Assembly: GCF_011386835.1 (NCBI RefSeq)
Contig: NC_088794.1
Location: 142,662,001 to 142,726,000, forward strand
Origin: Chrysemys picta bellii
Lineage: Eukaryota
Direction of reading: 5' to 3'
DNA length: 64,000 bases
The position numbers and the translations under genes are program-made. Position 1 is the first letter of the stretch. The number at the start of each line of letters is the position of its first letter. Below are positions 13,174 through 25,849 of the stretch, piece after piece. The notes under the pieces are model-generated. The model was not told the DNA's origin and did not search any database. It saw only the letters and a list, made by a program, of their open reading frames with translations.

Positions 13174-14322
13174 AAAAAACTATTACATAGTTAACGGGGT
13201 CATTGTTTCACACCTCTTTAGAGAAATGGTGCCAATACTAATGATGCTATCTTGCCTTTATTTACAGCTTACATATCAAAGCTCAGTTTTATAAATAGAA
13301 TTAAATGCTTGTCTAGGGAAAGTTAAAACAAACACTGAAATTTTAACAATGTTCAGTCTGTCCTATTGAACAACAGAACAACCTTTCATTTTGTTTATAG
13401 AAACATACAAATTCGGACTCATTGCATATAAAAACAATCACAAAATCTGTGTTCGTTAAGTAAAAATTGTGCCTGTCTTCCTGAGCAGATATAATTAGTT
13501 GGACTTTTGGACATCAAAAAGCTATACAAAAATTTTTGTAAGTAATTGTATAATAAAAGATTTTTTTATGCAGAAGTAAAATTATATAAGGAACAATTTA
13601 AAAAAATCAGATCAAAGATTTCAGTAGTTAATTGAAGTTCTTAATTTTAGAAATCAAAATTCAGTCATTTTGCAAGGATTTTGGTATGATTCAGCCAGAA
13701 ATGCTACATTTCCCAATGACAGAAGAGGAAAAAAGAAAATTGTTTGTGCCCTTTATTTACTTTTTTGTAAGGTATAAAAACTACTTATACATCTTTTCCA
13801 TTTCCTTTCTTTAATCTTAGAAATAGATCATTTCTCCTCAGCTACTAAATTTTCCACTCATACCAATACCACCAGTTCTCAAGTAATTCAGTCTCTATGC
13901 GAAACGTGATCAGACCTGATATTTCTATCAAATGTTTTAAAATCCATTTTTACTACATTGTGAAACAGCAAAAAGGGCACTGTTTTATTTCCCTTGGTCA
14001 TTGTTTAAAAGTGCTGATTTGCAATAGAGCACAATGTATTTTTACATGATTTAAACTCCTAACCAAATAAGGAGACCCATTATTGAAGCCCAGGTGCCCT
14101 TACTATTTGCTGTTCCTAGTTATATCCCCAATGGCATTCTAGTAAGTGGCTCAACGGTAGAATGATTGCATCATAGTGTTATTTTTACAAAATTGTACAG
14201 AAACTAAACTTCAGCTACTCTATAGATCTGAACTAAAATTTATTTTCACTTGTTGATAACGGAAAAACTGCTACTACTGTACTGAAAACATAATAGGTTT
14301 CTCCTCTTAAAATTCTGGCTAC

Positions 14323-15156
14323 CTTGTACAAGCAGGTGTCGACTATCTCATTGCAAACTTTCTCAAGGTCATCAGTGACTTCAAGTCTGGATCTTACAAA
14401 GTCACAGAGCTCTTCATTTCCCATAACATCCCAGATACCATCACAAGCCAGTATGATAAACTGATCATCTTCTTCTGATCTCTCAATTTCATAAACTTCA
14501 GGCTCAGGTGAGACAAGTTGCTCTGTAGGGCCTTTCCCATGGACACATTTGTAATCGAAGTCCCCAAGAGCTCTAGACACAGCAAGAGAGCCATTCACAC
14601 GTTGAATCATTACAGAACCACCTGCATTCTGTATACGCTCTTTCTCCAGTGGATTACTTGGTTTGTGATCTTGTGTGAAGAAGTGAACCTTCCTGTTTCT
14701 ACAAAGTAAACCTCTTGAGTCTCCACAGTTGATGAAGTAAGTGTGTTGAGGAGAAATCATGACACCCACCGCTGTTGACCCGCTTCTATCTGCACCATGT
14801 TTCTTCTCAGAGATTACTCTCATATGTTCATCAATTTGCAGAAAACCTGTTCTGATTCCACTCTTTACACTTTCCACAGAGGGTGGTCCATCGGACCCTT
14901 TAAAATCCTGGTTGCTTGTGATGTGATCTAATAAATGCTCACAGCAGTATTTGGCAACCTGGGATCCAGCATGCCCATCATATACCGCAAAAAATGACCA
15001 TCCATCAAGTCCATTTGGCAAACCAATAACAGCTGTATGTGCATCCTCCATCTCAACTCGCCAACCTTGCATACTACTTAGCCCATAACGTAGCCCATTA
15101 CCCTGCCCTTGGGCATTATGCTTCTCCATCTTTGGCTTGTCTAAAAATGCTCCCAT
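14323..15156 (-). CDS. PPM1A: PPM1A first coding exon (gene exon 2), 278 codons, PP2C catalytic domain
   Basis: [20 protein letters not shown]...DTCLYK with PP2C motifs ([24 protein letters not shown]) and N-myristoylation Gly2. Acceptor ccttag at 15177+ leaves 20 nt of 5' UTR (15157-15176). Donor GTAGCC at 14322; the ORF-track tail after YK is intron read-through. Confidence 0.98.
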
Positions 15157-16190
15157 GATGACTTGTTCCTTCAGTTCTAAGGAAAAAAGAATATTATTGT
15201 TAAGCTATTTCTACAAAACAAGTAACCATTTAAACATGTTACTAGAAACTATTAAATATAGAAAATGTTACTTAAATAATATTAAGGTAAGACACAAATG
15301 AAGATGGGAAATTAAAATTGATGGCTGACTTTTGGTCCTTAACTCAATATTTTACATAATAATGAGTTAACTAAAACGTCAGCCTTAACTCTGAACTGCC
15401 TTGTTTTGCTTTTGTTGATTTAAGTAAGGACCTCACTACTAATTGAGTGTACTCTGTATGTTTTTGTAAATATTTAAGCTGTAACCATCCATGAAGAAGG
15501 GTTTACACTAGTTTCGTGTCTGTGGTTTTCATCAAAACACTTGTAGTGAAAATAAGTACAACAAAAACCACCATTCAAACTATTTTAACTAGAATAGACA
15601 TCTTAGAGTTTTGGTTAGTTTTTACAGCAACTAACTTCTCAGATGTCTATTTTATGGCCCAGATGTGTTTAAAACTTCAAACTTTCTGTGTGCTTATACC
15701 TCAAGGAGGAAAACTACCTTTAACATGTTTGTAGAAATCTAGACCAGTTTAACTACGTAGTCATTAAATCACCCAAATCATCTCAAATTTTACATTCTCA
15801 GAAGTTTTGCACCATTTGGAGTGTGCAACCTGTCGTGATGCAACACAAGATAAAGAAAAGCTGGAAAAGTCCTATTCCACCTGATGATTGATAGGCCAAG
15901 CATAAAATGGACTAGGAAAGAGTCCCCAACTTCAGTGTGCCCTGCAAACAAGGCCGCTATGCTGACAGAACATTTCACTTATATGTGGTGTTTTTCAAGG
16001 GGGTAAACATGCATATAAAGGAACTGATCCACACTGTCTTAAGGATGACAGCAACACTTTATTCCAGCAGAACATTAAATATCTCTAAGGAACAAATTAA
16101 TCCTGGTAGCTTTCCAGATAATTTCTATCCCCACCCCCACTTTACTCTTTTGGAAGTGAAATGTGCACACTCTAGTGCACACAGCCCAAG

Positions 16191-17166
16191 AGGAAAAAGG
16201 GATAAACAGTGAAGTGGCAAATTTTGCAGATGATACAAAATTGCTCAAGATCAGTCCAAAACAAACTGTGAAGAGTTACAAAGGGATCTCACCAAACTGG
16301 GTGTCTGGGCAACAAAACAGAGATTCCACGTTGATAAATGCAAGGTAATGCACATAATCCAAACTATACATACAAAATAGAAGTGGGATCTAAATTAGCT
16401 GTTATCACTCAAGAAAGATCTTGAAGTCATTGTGGGTAGTTCTCTGAAAATGTCCACTCAATGTGCAATAGCAGTCAAAAAAGCTAAATGCTAGGAACCA
16501 CTAGGAAAGGAATAGATAACGTGACAGAAAATATCATAATGCTACTTTATAAATCCATGGCACACTCGGAATACTACGTGCAGTTCTGGTCACCCATCTC
16601 AAAAAAAGATATTAAAATGGGAAAAGGTACAGAAGGGCAGCAAAAATAATTAAGGGTATGGAACAGCTTCAATATCAGGAGAGATTAAAAAGACTGGGAC
16701 TTTTCAGCTGGGAAAGGGACACCTAAGGGGGAAATATGATAAGAGGTCTATAAAATCATGAATGGTATGGAGAAAATGAATAAGGAAGTGTTATTTACTC
16801 CTTCACATGAACACAAGAACCAGGGGTCACCCAATGAAATTAATAGGCAGCAGGTTCAAAACAAACAGAAGAATGTACTTCTTCACATAATGCAATGTCG
16901 ACCTGTGAAACTCATTTCCAGGGGATGACGTGAGAGTCAAAAACATAACGAGGTTCAAAAAGAATTAGATAAGTTCATGGAGGGTAGGTCCATCAATGCC
17001 CTGGGTGTCCTTAGCCTCCGACTTTTCAGAAGCTGGGACGGGATGACAGTTACCTGTTCAAGTTCATTCCCTCTGAAGCACTTGGCATTGGCCATTGTTG
17101 GAAGACAGGATGCTTGGCTAGATGGACCACTGGTCTGACCCAGTATGGCCACTCTTACGTTCTTAG
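16191..17166 (+). mobile_element. CR1 LINE, 5'-truncated 3' end (decayed RT plus 3' UTR)
   Basis: Translates as INSEVANFADDTKL (RT FADD motif); CR1 3' UTR ending ggccactcttacgttctta. Confidence 0.92.
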
Positions 17167-17243
17167 AGTATTTACATTTGATCTGAAAGTGACAGTATAT
17201 TCAAATATATGTATATGCTGCCTATGAACAAAATCCTGTATAT

Positions 17244-18329
17244 AGCCATATCTACATTACTGACTTAAGTTGACTTAAGTTACAATGACAATCAAACCAC
17301 TGTAATTACATTGCTCGCGCATATTCATACAACGATCCTTGTGTCAGTGCAGTGCATCCACGGTTGGTACTTTAGCACCAACAGATGGAGCAGTGCACTG
17401 TGGGTAGCAACCCCACTGTGAAAATCACCACCTTCTCCTGCTAGGAGTTTTGGGAAGGGACCGCAGTGCACCATGAGGGCAGGATCATTGCCCCATGATG
17501 CAATTTTTTCTGTCCCATAATTCCCAGGGCTTCTGACTAGGTTTCATGTTGTTTTTCAACTGCTCCCATAAACTTTGCACCTGCCATCTCTGCCTGAAAG
17601 CATGGATCCTGCACTGCTCACCAGTCTTGTGATGAACATTATGAATGCAACGTGGCTGATCCTGCAGTATTTCATGAAGTGGCATGTTTTTGGCACCATA
17701 CCAAAGCGATGGTTTGCCTCTCTTGCCTTCTGGTACACCTGCCTCAGCTCCTTGATCTTCACACGGCACTGACACCTATCCCTTTCATGCCCCTTCTCAT
17801 CCATACCACAAGCAATCTGCTCATAGGTGTCAAAGCTCCTACAGCTGGATCAGAGCTGTGACTGCACAGCCTCCTCTCCCCACAGCCCCAACAGATCCAG
17901 CAACTCCAGTGCACTTCATGCGGGACTGCGTTTGATGCAGAAAGCAAGCATGGTCAGTTAGGAAGATGCAAGGTGAGCTGTCCACATCGAGCAAACAGGA
18001 AGTGGAAATTTCAAAAATTCCTGGGGCTTTAAGGGGTGTATGCCTGTGTACCTGCAGCAAAGTAGAAACTGCTTACCAGTAATCACGATGGGCATCGTGG
18101 GACACATCCTGGAGGCTACTTAGGGCAACATAAGCAAGCGCACAGTCTCTACTGACATTGTGTTGCTCTAACAGTTGCAAAAAGCTCTATGCCGCTTGTG
18201 AGGTGGTTTTATTATGTCGGCATAGCAGGCGAATTAAATCAGCAGCAGGAGCATTATTGAGTGTACACCTCCCCAGTTTTGTTGTAAAAAACTGACTTAT
18301 CAACAAAACTGTGTAGTGTAGACAAGGCC
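17244..18329 (-). mobile_element. PIF/Harbinger element with a decayed Myb/SANT-like (trihelix) ORF
   Basis: Termini GCCATATCTACATT...AGTGTAGACAAGGCC; minus strand gives KRSPA*SALELLDLLGLWGEEAVQSQL and EKGHERDRCQCRVKIKELRQVYQKAREAN. Confidence 0.75.
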
Positions 18330-19465
18330 TCTGGATATGCATTTGTAAAGATATACCGTACGTTTATTTGGAGCAAAGTACACATTTGTTCTACATTATT
18401 TAATATAAGAAATATAGCTAAAATTATATTACCACAATATTCTGGATTTGAACAAATTAATTAAAAAAATATTCCCGCAACTGTAGCTAAGTCATGCACA
18501 CTGTATATACTGTTATCTAAGTCTTAAAAGCATATACAAAATATTACACATATGAAAAGGATCATGCCACAATTGCTAGAGTATACCATCTTGACAATGC
18601 ATTTCTCTCTCCAGCTATATCATCCCACTGAAATCATATACTGACCTAAACCCCACTCATTTATACAGTCTTACAATAATTCAAAAATGGAATTATTTCC
18701 TAGAAAACTACAGCTCATTTATTCCACTATAACATTTCTTGAATGTTTTGGAATGAACTTCAATAGTATAAAAAGTATTAACAATGGAATTTAATTCAAT
18801 AATTTCAAGTTTCAATTCAGGACTTGAAAATGTGAGTATAAAATAACAATTTGGCAGAGCAATTTCATGTTTTGTAAAGTATTTCTTACCCCTTGCTACT
18901 GTCTAAACCATTTGCACAAAAACAGAAAGTGAATATACAGAGAATACAGTAAAACTGGCTATACACAAAGTGCTTGTCAATGCAAACTACACACACTAGA
19001 TTTTTTTCCTCTAATCTTTAAATTACAAGGGTTTTAGGAGTTAACTTTTAACAGAAAAAGAAACAAAATATTCAGACAGAGGTGTGCTTTTTAAGTTAGT
19101 GTTTCCCTTTTCATTAATTTTTTTGTATATATTTTTGAAAGGACAATGTCTTTGACTACGAGACCTTTTATTAAAACAGACTGACCATATACAACTTTAG
19201 CAATCCTCAATGGAAAATTGTTCAGTTAGATTACTCCAAAAATTATCTACCCCCACTCCAGTCAAGTTAGTTTCATCACCAATATGAGGGTAGGTCAAAG
19301 CTCTTGCTATCTTGTCTAGACTAGAATTTAAAGGTGAGATGTTTGCATGTGTTAATTAATATATTTTTAAAATCTAATGTAGCAGTGAATATAATCAGAC
19401 CGGAGGATTAGCACAATGTGGTTGTTGAACTCATCCTAGGAAATTTAGTTATTCAGAGCCTACAG

Positions 19466-20154
19466 CAGGGGTGTGCAAACTACGGCCTGCGGGACCGTCC
19501 TGCCCGGCCCCTGAGCTCCTGGCCCAGGAGGCTCGCCTCCCCCCACCACCTGCAGCCTCAGCTCGACCGCTCTACCACCAGCGCAATGCTCTGGGCGGCG
19601 GGGCTGTGAGCTCCTGGTACAGCACAGCTGCAGAGCCTGACCTGACCCAGTCTCTGAGCTGTGTGGTGGCGGCAGCGGTGTGGCATGGCTCCAGCCGGGC
19701 GGCACGGCTGAGGCGCCACCAGTGCTCCAGGCAGCACGGTAAAGGGGCACAGAGCAGGGGGGCTGGATAGAGGGCAGGGGAGTTTGGGGTGGTGGTCAGG
19801 GGTGTGGATAGGGGTCGGGGGAGAATAGGGGGTTGAATGGGGGTAGGAGTCCCAGGGAGGCAGTCAGGAAGGAGGGGGTGTTGGATGAGGTAGCAGGCGG
19901 CAGTCAGGTGACAGGGAGAAGGGGTGGTTGGATGGGGCAGGGGTCCGAACAGGGCTGTCACAAATGAGAGGAGAGGTTGGATGGGGCGGCGGGGGTCCGG
20001 GGACGGTCAGGTGACAGGGAACAGGGAGGGTTGGATAGGGCAGGAGGGCAGATAGAAAGTGGGAGCCGGGCCATGACCCCCTCCCCTACCCAACCCTCCA
20101 TACAATTTCCAAAACCCAATGCGGCCCTCAGGCCAAAAAGTTTGCCTGCCCCTG
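19466..20154. mobile_element. Non-autonomous hAT (Charlie-like) element, 689 bp
   Basis: TIR CAGGGGTGTGCAAACT / AAGTTTGCCTGCCCCTG; perfect TSD GCCTACAG (19458-19465 / 20155-20162). Confidence 0.9.
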
Positions 20155-20937
20155 GCCTACAGCATAAAGCTCTCTGAAGAGAGCATTAGATGAAGGCATA
20201 TGTGGTTTATCATGTTTTTGTGGAAGTATGATTAATAACAATGTCACTCTACATAAAATTTTAGTCAACAGGGAAGTTCTTCACTTCTGCTCCAAGCTGG
20301 GCTTTAAAAATATAGATTTGCATCTAGGACACTTTCACCTAGGAGCAAGGTGCTAAGCCTTCAGTTTCTGCAGAATTTCAGCTTTCATTTAAAAAAATTA
20401 ATTTCTGCAAATAAATTTCTTGCAAAAATAGCTTTAGATTCAGCCAAAGCACTGTCTTTCTGAGCCTGCAAAAAAAGCTACAGTGCCTCTGCCGTCATTC
20501 CTAGTTTCCCCACACAGTGCAGTAGGCTGAAATATAAAGGACTCTGGTCAGTATGACTACTGCTACTCAGAACCTTTTAGGAAAAAAGTAAAACAACAAA
20601 TCATGTTAGTTTCATTTGATTGATTTAGGATGTCTTATGAATAGCAACAAAGGCAGACTAGCTACTTATGGAGAGCTAGCAGAGAAGATGACAACAATCC
20701 AAAAAGCAGAGATCATAAAAAAGATCATAAGGCTTTCTTTGGGGAAGGTGTTGGGGTCCTAAGAAAGAAAACTGCAATTTTCTCACAAGAATATTGTCCA
20801 CACTTTGCTGTTTCCACCACCCCATATCATTTCCCAGCATATCCCACTAATCATTCAAATATCAGTCTGTAGCCAGTAAGTCCCTGGTACATCTTTCACT
20901 CATTCATAGAGTTCTAAGGGCTTACCTTAACATAGAA

Positions 20938-22224
20938 CAGGGGTAGGCAACCTTTCAGAAATGGTGTGCTGAGTCTTCATTTATTCACTTTAATTTAAGG
21001 TTTTGCGTGCCGGTAATATATTTTAACGTTTTTTTAGAAGGGGTCTCTCTCTACGTGTATATTATATAACTAAACTACTGTTGTATGTAAAGTAAACAAG
21101 GTTTTCAAAATGTTTAAGAAGCTTCATTTAAAGTTAAATTAAAATGCTGATCTTACGCCGCCAGCCTGCTCAGCCCACTGGTTGGGGCGTGGGGGGTTCA
21201 GGGCAGAGGGCTGGGTGTTGGGTGGGACTCGAGGTCAGGGCAGAAGGCTAGGTGTGGGGGGGTTCAGGGCAGAGGGCTGGGTGTGTGGGGGGGGGACTCG
21301 AGGTCAGGGCAAAGGGCTGGGGTGTGTGTGGAGGTGCAGGGCACAAGGCTGGGTGGGGGGGTTCAGGGCAGAGGCCTGGGTGGGGGGACGGGGGACCTCG
21401 AGGTCAGGGCAGAGGGCTGGAGTGTGGGGAGGTTCAGGGCAGAGGGCAGGGTGTTGGGGGGGACTCGAGGTCAGGGCAGAGGGCTGGGGTGTGTGGGCAT
21501 GCAGGGCACAAGACTGGGTGTGGGGGGGGTTCAGGGCAGAGGGCTGGGGTGTGTGTGGAGATGCAGGGCAGAAGGCTGGGTGTTGGGGGCAACTCGAGGT
21601 TAGGGCAGAGGGCTGAGGGGGGTGGAGGTGCAGGGCAGAAGGCTGGGTGTTGGGGCAACTCGAGGTCAGGGCAGAGGGCTGGGAGGTGTGTGGGGGGTGC
21701 AGGGCAGAGGGCTGGGGTGCTTGGCTCGTGGGGGTGCTCCCAGCCCTCTGCCCTGAGCGGCTCATGGCAGGGGGCTGGGAGGGATATGACCTGTTCCACC
21801 CCCTTCCCCCAGTCCCGTCCCTACCTCTCTCTGCCTGCTCTACGGAGCAGCCAGCACGCTGCGCTCGGCTCTGCTCCTCTGGGAGGAGGAGGAGGAGGAG
21901 GGACCAGAATGCACCACGTTATGCGAAGAAGCGGGGGAAGAGGGAAGTTTGGCTGCCGCAGGACCAAGCTTCTGCCTCCTGCCCCCATAGGGGAGAGCAG
22001 CGAGCGGGGGGCTGAGTGGGGCGGAGGGCTGGGAACCGCCCCCTCCCCCGCTCTCCCCTGCGGGAGCAGGAAGCAGAAGCTTGGTCCTGCGGCAGCCAAA
22101 CTTCCCTCTCCCCCTTCTTCCCACAGCGTGGTGCATTCCGGCCCCTCCGCCCCTCCTCCTCCTTTCAGTGGGCAGCAGCGTGCCACTCAGAATCGGCACG
22201 CGTGCCGTAGGTTGCCAACCCCTG
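20938..22224. mobile_element. Non-autonomous hAT (Charlie-like) element, 1287 bp, with internal minisatellite
   Basis: TIR CAGGGGTAGGCAACCT / AGGTTGCCAACCCCTG; perfect TSD ACATAGAA (20930-20937 / 22225-22232). Confidence 0.9.
21190..21750 (+). repeat. G-rich minisatellite (variants of CAGGGCAGAGGGCTGGGGTGTG, some with ACTCGAGGT)
   Basis: Many degenerate tandem units; explains the spurious Gly-rich ORFs at 21182-21799. Confidence 0.85.
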
Positions 22225-22315
22225 ACATAGAAGTTGCACTGGTTTAACTAAATTGGTATAAAATTACACCTTTAATTAGACTGGTACAACTTCTATGTAG
22301 ATCAAATAGCCTAAG
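22225..22315. mobile_element. Palindromic Harbinger-type MITE interrupted by the 20938-22224 hAT element
   Basis: acatagaagttgcactggtttaactaa is inverted at ttaattagactggtacaacttctatgt; its left terminus seems to remain at ~20919-20937. Confidence 0.55.
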
Positions 22316-22749
22316 TGAGATCACAAGTCCTTTATGCCACAACATAGCTGTGACACAAGTCTGTGCCAGAAGAGACGGTTACTCACCTTGTGCAGTAACG
22401 GAGGTTCTTTGAGATGTGTCTCCCTGTGGATGCTACACTTCAGGTGTCTGTGCCTCCTGGCACCGATCAGAGATTTATGGCAGCAGTGTCCACACAAGTC
22501 AGGCATGCACAGTAGGCATCTTGCAGTGCCGTTGGTGCCACATCTAGTGCGCACATGACCCGAGCCCTCCAGTTCCTTCTCTACCGCGGACTCCTAGTGG
22601 TGAACTCCGAAATAGAGGGGAGGAGGGCGGGTAGTGGAGCACATACAGGGACACACATCTAGAAGAACCTCAGTTATTGCACAAGGTGAGTAATCTTCTC
22701 TTCTTCGAGAGCTGTCTCTGTGGGTACTCCACATCAGGTTCATTTGCAT

Positions 22750-23700
22750 TGTAGAGGTAAGTACGGTTAGGCCAACTATGGTGTCAGCCGAGGCTTCTTG
22801 AGTGATTGCATAGTGCTCAGTGAATGTGTGGACAGAGGCCCAAGTGGCCGCCCTACAAATCTCTAATATTGGAAAATTGTTGAGGAATGCTATCTAGATA
22901 GAAACAGATCATGTGGAATGCGCTCTGATATGCGTAGGAGGGTCAGTATTCCGAATACAATAGCACTGTTGAATGCATGTGGAGATCCATTTAGACAATC
23001 TCTGAGTGGATATTGCGCAGCCTTTCGAATGCTTGGTAATAGAAACAAAAAGTCTAGGAGATTTCCTGAAAGGTTTGGTCCTTTCCAAGTAAAACGCTAA
23101 CATCCACCTAACGTCCAAAGTATGCAAAACAGCTTCCGTTGGAGTGCCGTAAGGCCTGGGATAGAACATGGGAAGATGGACTGATTGGTTCATATCATAG
23201 GCTGATATCTTCGGTAGGAATTTTGGGTGTGGACATAGCACGACCTTGTCTTTGAAGAATATTGTGTAGGGAGCATCGGCCATGAGCGCCCCAAACTCAC
23301 TCATCTGTGTGGCAGAAGTTACGGAAACCAGAAATACCACTTTCATGGATAAATACAGCAGGGAACAGGTGGCTAAGGGTTCAAATAGTGGTGTGGTGAG
23401 GCATTTCAACACCAGATTGAGGTCCCAGGCTGGGGTGGGTTGGCGAACTTCTGGGTAAATGTTCTGGAGACCCGGGAGGAAGCATTTAGTATTTGGGTGC
23501 GCAAAGATTGAGTTCCCATCAATCTCGTGATGGAATGCAGTAATGGCTGCAAGACAGACTTTGATCGAGCTCATTGCTAAACCAAAGCGTTTCAGCTCCA
23601 GTAGGTATTCCAACACTACTAGTAGTGTTGCTGTGGAAGCAGTCAAGTGTTTTTCTTGACAATGGGAGGAGAATCTCTTTCATTTTTGAAGGTAAGTATT
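22750..23700 (-). pseudogene. DIRS tyrosine recombinase (disrupted)
   Basis: HTLDVRWMLAFYLERTKPFRKSPRLFVS...SKWISTCI...RAHST; a TGA at 22909 replaces the Arg of HSTR; continues ICRAATWASVHTFTEHY. Confidence 0.85.
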
Positions 23701-23869
23701 ATGCGTGGTCACTTTCTTGCTGTTTAGTTACACATGTTTAACTTGCTCTGAGCAGGCTAGTTTGCCATTATGGAACCATGCAGGAGCCACGCTTGTAGGT
23801 GGAGTTTCTCCAGATTCGGGTGAAGAGTGCTAACGTTGTTCTGAGACAGTATGTCCGGACAACAAGGGA

Positions 23870-25470
23870 GAGCTCAAGGGGCGCATATCACCATGCGCAT
23901 CAGGTAAGGGTACCATGCTTGTATGGACCATGTCGGAACTATGAGGATAACTTTGGCCTTGTCTGTTTGTATCTTGTATATCACACATGACATCATTGGA
24001 ATCGGTGGAAAAGTGTACATGAATTGTGCATCCCATATGATGAGCTCGGCGTCCCCCAGTGACCGGGGTCCCATCCCCACTCTCAAGCAGAACATTTGCG
24101 GTTTGTTATGGATGCGAACAAGTCGATGAGGGGAGTGCCCCATGGCAGAAAATGGAGAGCAAGACTCTCCCATTCCTTTCCCTTTCATGGTCTTGAGAGA
24201 AGTACCTACTTAGTGTGTTCACCGTCACATTCTGACAGCTGGGAAGGAAGGAGGCCAAAATGTTTATGCTGTGACGTATGCACCAGTGCCAGAATTTCAT
24301 GGCTTCGGAACACTGAGTTAGATCGAGCCCCCCCCCCCCCCCCCCATGTCCATTGATTTAAAGCACGTAGGTAATGTTACCGGTCATCATGTGAATTAAT
24401 TTGTTCTTTATGTGAGGTCGGAAGTGTCTGCAGGCATTGCGGACTCACGCGTAGCTCTAATAGATTGATATGTAGCTGAGTCTCCACAAGAGACCATTTG
24501 CCTTGAACCGTGTTCTGATGTATGTGGGCGCCCCAGCCTATCAGCAAGGCGTCTGTCATTACTACTGATGGGGGTTCATGTTGGGACGGGATGCCCATGC
24601 ATACATTTTCTGGTCTTGTCCGCCAATGTAGAGAGTCCAGGACACGGGGTGGTACTGTAAGTCGTTTGTGAAGGCTGTGCTTGTTGGATATGTAAACCGA
24701 GCTCAACCAGCCCGGTAGGCAGCACATATGTAGTCTTGTGTGTCGTACTACAAACGTTGTGGCTGTCATGTGTCCTAGCAGTTGAAGGACAGTTCGAGCC
24801 AGTATTTGGGAGCTGACGCTTACCTCTGAGATAAGGTTTGTCAGAGTTGTCAATCTGTTCAGGGGTATTGATGCCTTGGCTTCTATAGCATTGAGATGTG
24901 CCCCGATGAAGTCCAGTTGTTAGACAGGAATTAGAGCGGATTTTCATTCATTTATTTGTAGTCCTAGATCCCTGAATAGTGTGATCGTTTGTACTAAGTC
25001 CAGTGCTTCTTGTTGAGTTGGGCCTTTGAGAAGGCAATCATCCAGGTAAGGGAAAATCATTATTCCCTGTTTGCATAGATGTGCCACTATCACCGCTAGG
25101 GTTTTGGAGAAAACGCTTGGTGCAGTGGATAGGCCGAATGGTAGTACTCCGTACTGGAAGTATTCGTGTCCTACTGTGAAATGCAGGAATTTCCTGTGAG
25201 CAGGGTGTATAGTAATATGAAAATAAGAATCTTGTAGGTCAAGGACTGCAAACCAGTCCCCCTTTTCTAGTGCTGGAAGTATCGTGCCCAGTGTCACCAT
25301 TTTGAACTTTTGAATGCATATGAACTAGTTGAGTTTCATGAGATCCAAGACAGGTCTCCATCCCTCATTCTTCTTCTGGGTCAAGTAGTGAGAGCAGAAT
25401 CCCTTACCCCTGTATTGCAAAAGTACTCATTCCACGGCATCAAGTTGTAGAAGATGATCGACTTCTTGTC
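23870..25470 (-). pseudogene. DIRS pol: RT, RNase H and Dam-like adenine methyltransferase (disrupted)
   Basis: LDLQDSYFHI, QYGVLPFGLSTAP, YLDD (RT); MTDALLIGWGAH, HINLLELR (RNase H); DLFAS, YTFPPIP, VILIVPTW (methylase). Confidence 0.85.
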
Positions 25471-25849
25471 ATAACAGGTGCTCATGAGAAGTGTCCCTGA
25501 AGAGGGACATTGGGGGGGGGGGGGGTTGGTAGGTGGTCGGGAGGGGTAAAGGGGATGGTATATCCCGATTGTATGATCTCTAACATCCATTGGTCCACTG
25601 TTATTGAAGCTCAGATGTGGTGGAATGGGTGAAGGCGATGTCCAAAGAATGGGGACAGATTGGGTGAAGCATTGCCTGGTGAGGGAAGTCATCCAGACCC
25701 TCAACCAAAATTTCAGAATTGTGGCTTGGGCAGAGCCAGTTGAGCGTGAGATGGTCTCTGTCGCTGTTACCGCTGGTGATGTTTTTGGTTCTCATATTCC
25801 ACTGTTGCTGTCGGTTGGAAGAGGAATCCATGTTCTTCTGATAAGGCTG

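Noticed and set aside
14233-14322. ORF-track tail [11 protein letters not shown]... of the 307-aa ORF
   Set aside because: Intron 2 read-through past the donor at 14322; no supporting evidence for use.
21190-21750. Repeat array superficially like CRISPR
   Set aside because: No unique spacers, degenerate units, eukaryotic context.
21182-22247. Many long Gly/Pro-rich ORFs
   Set aside because: Produced by a stop-poor GC-rich minisatellite inside a hAT element.
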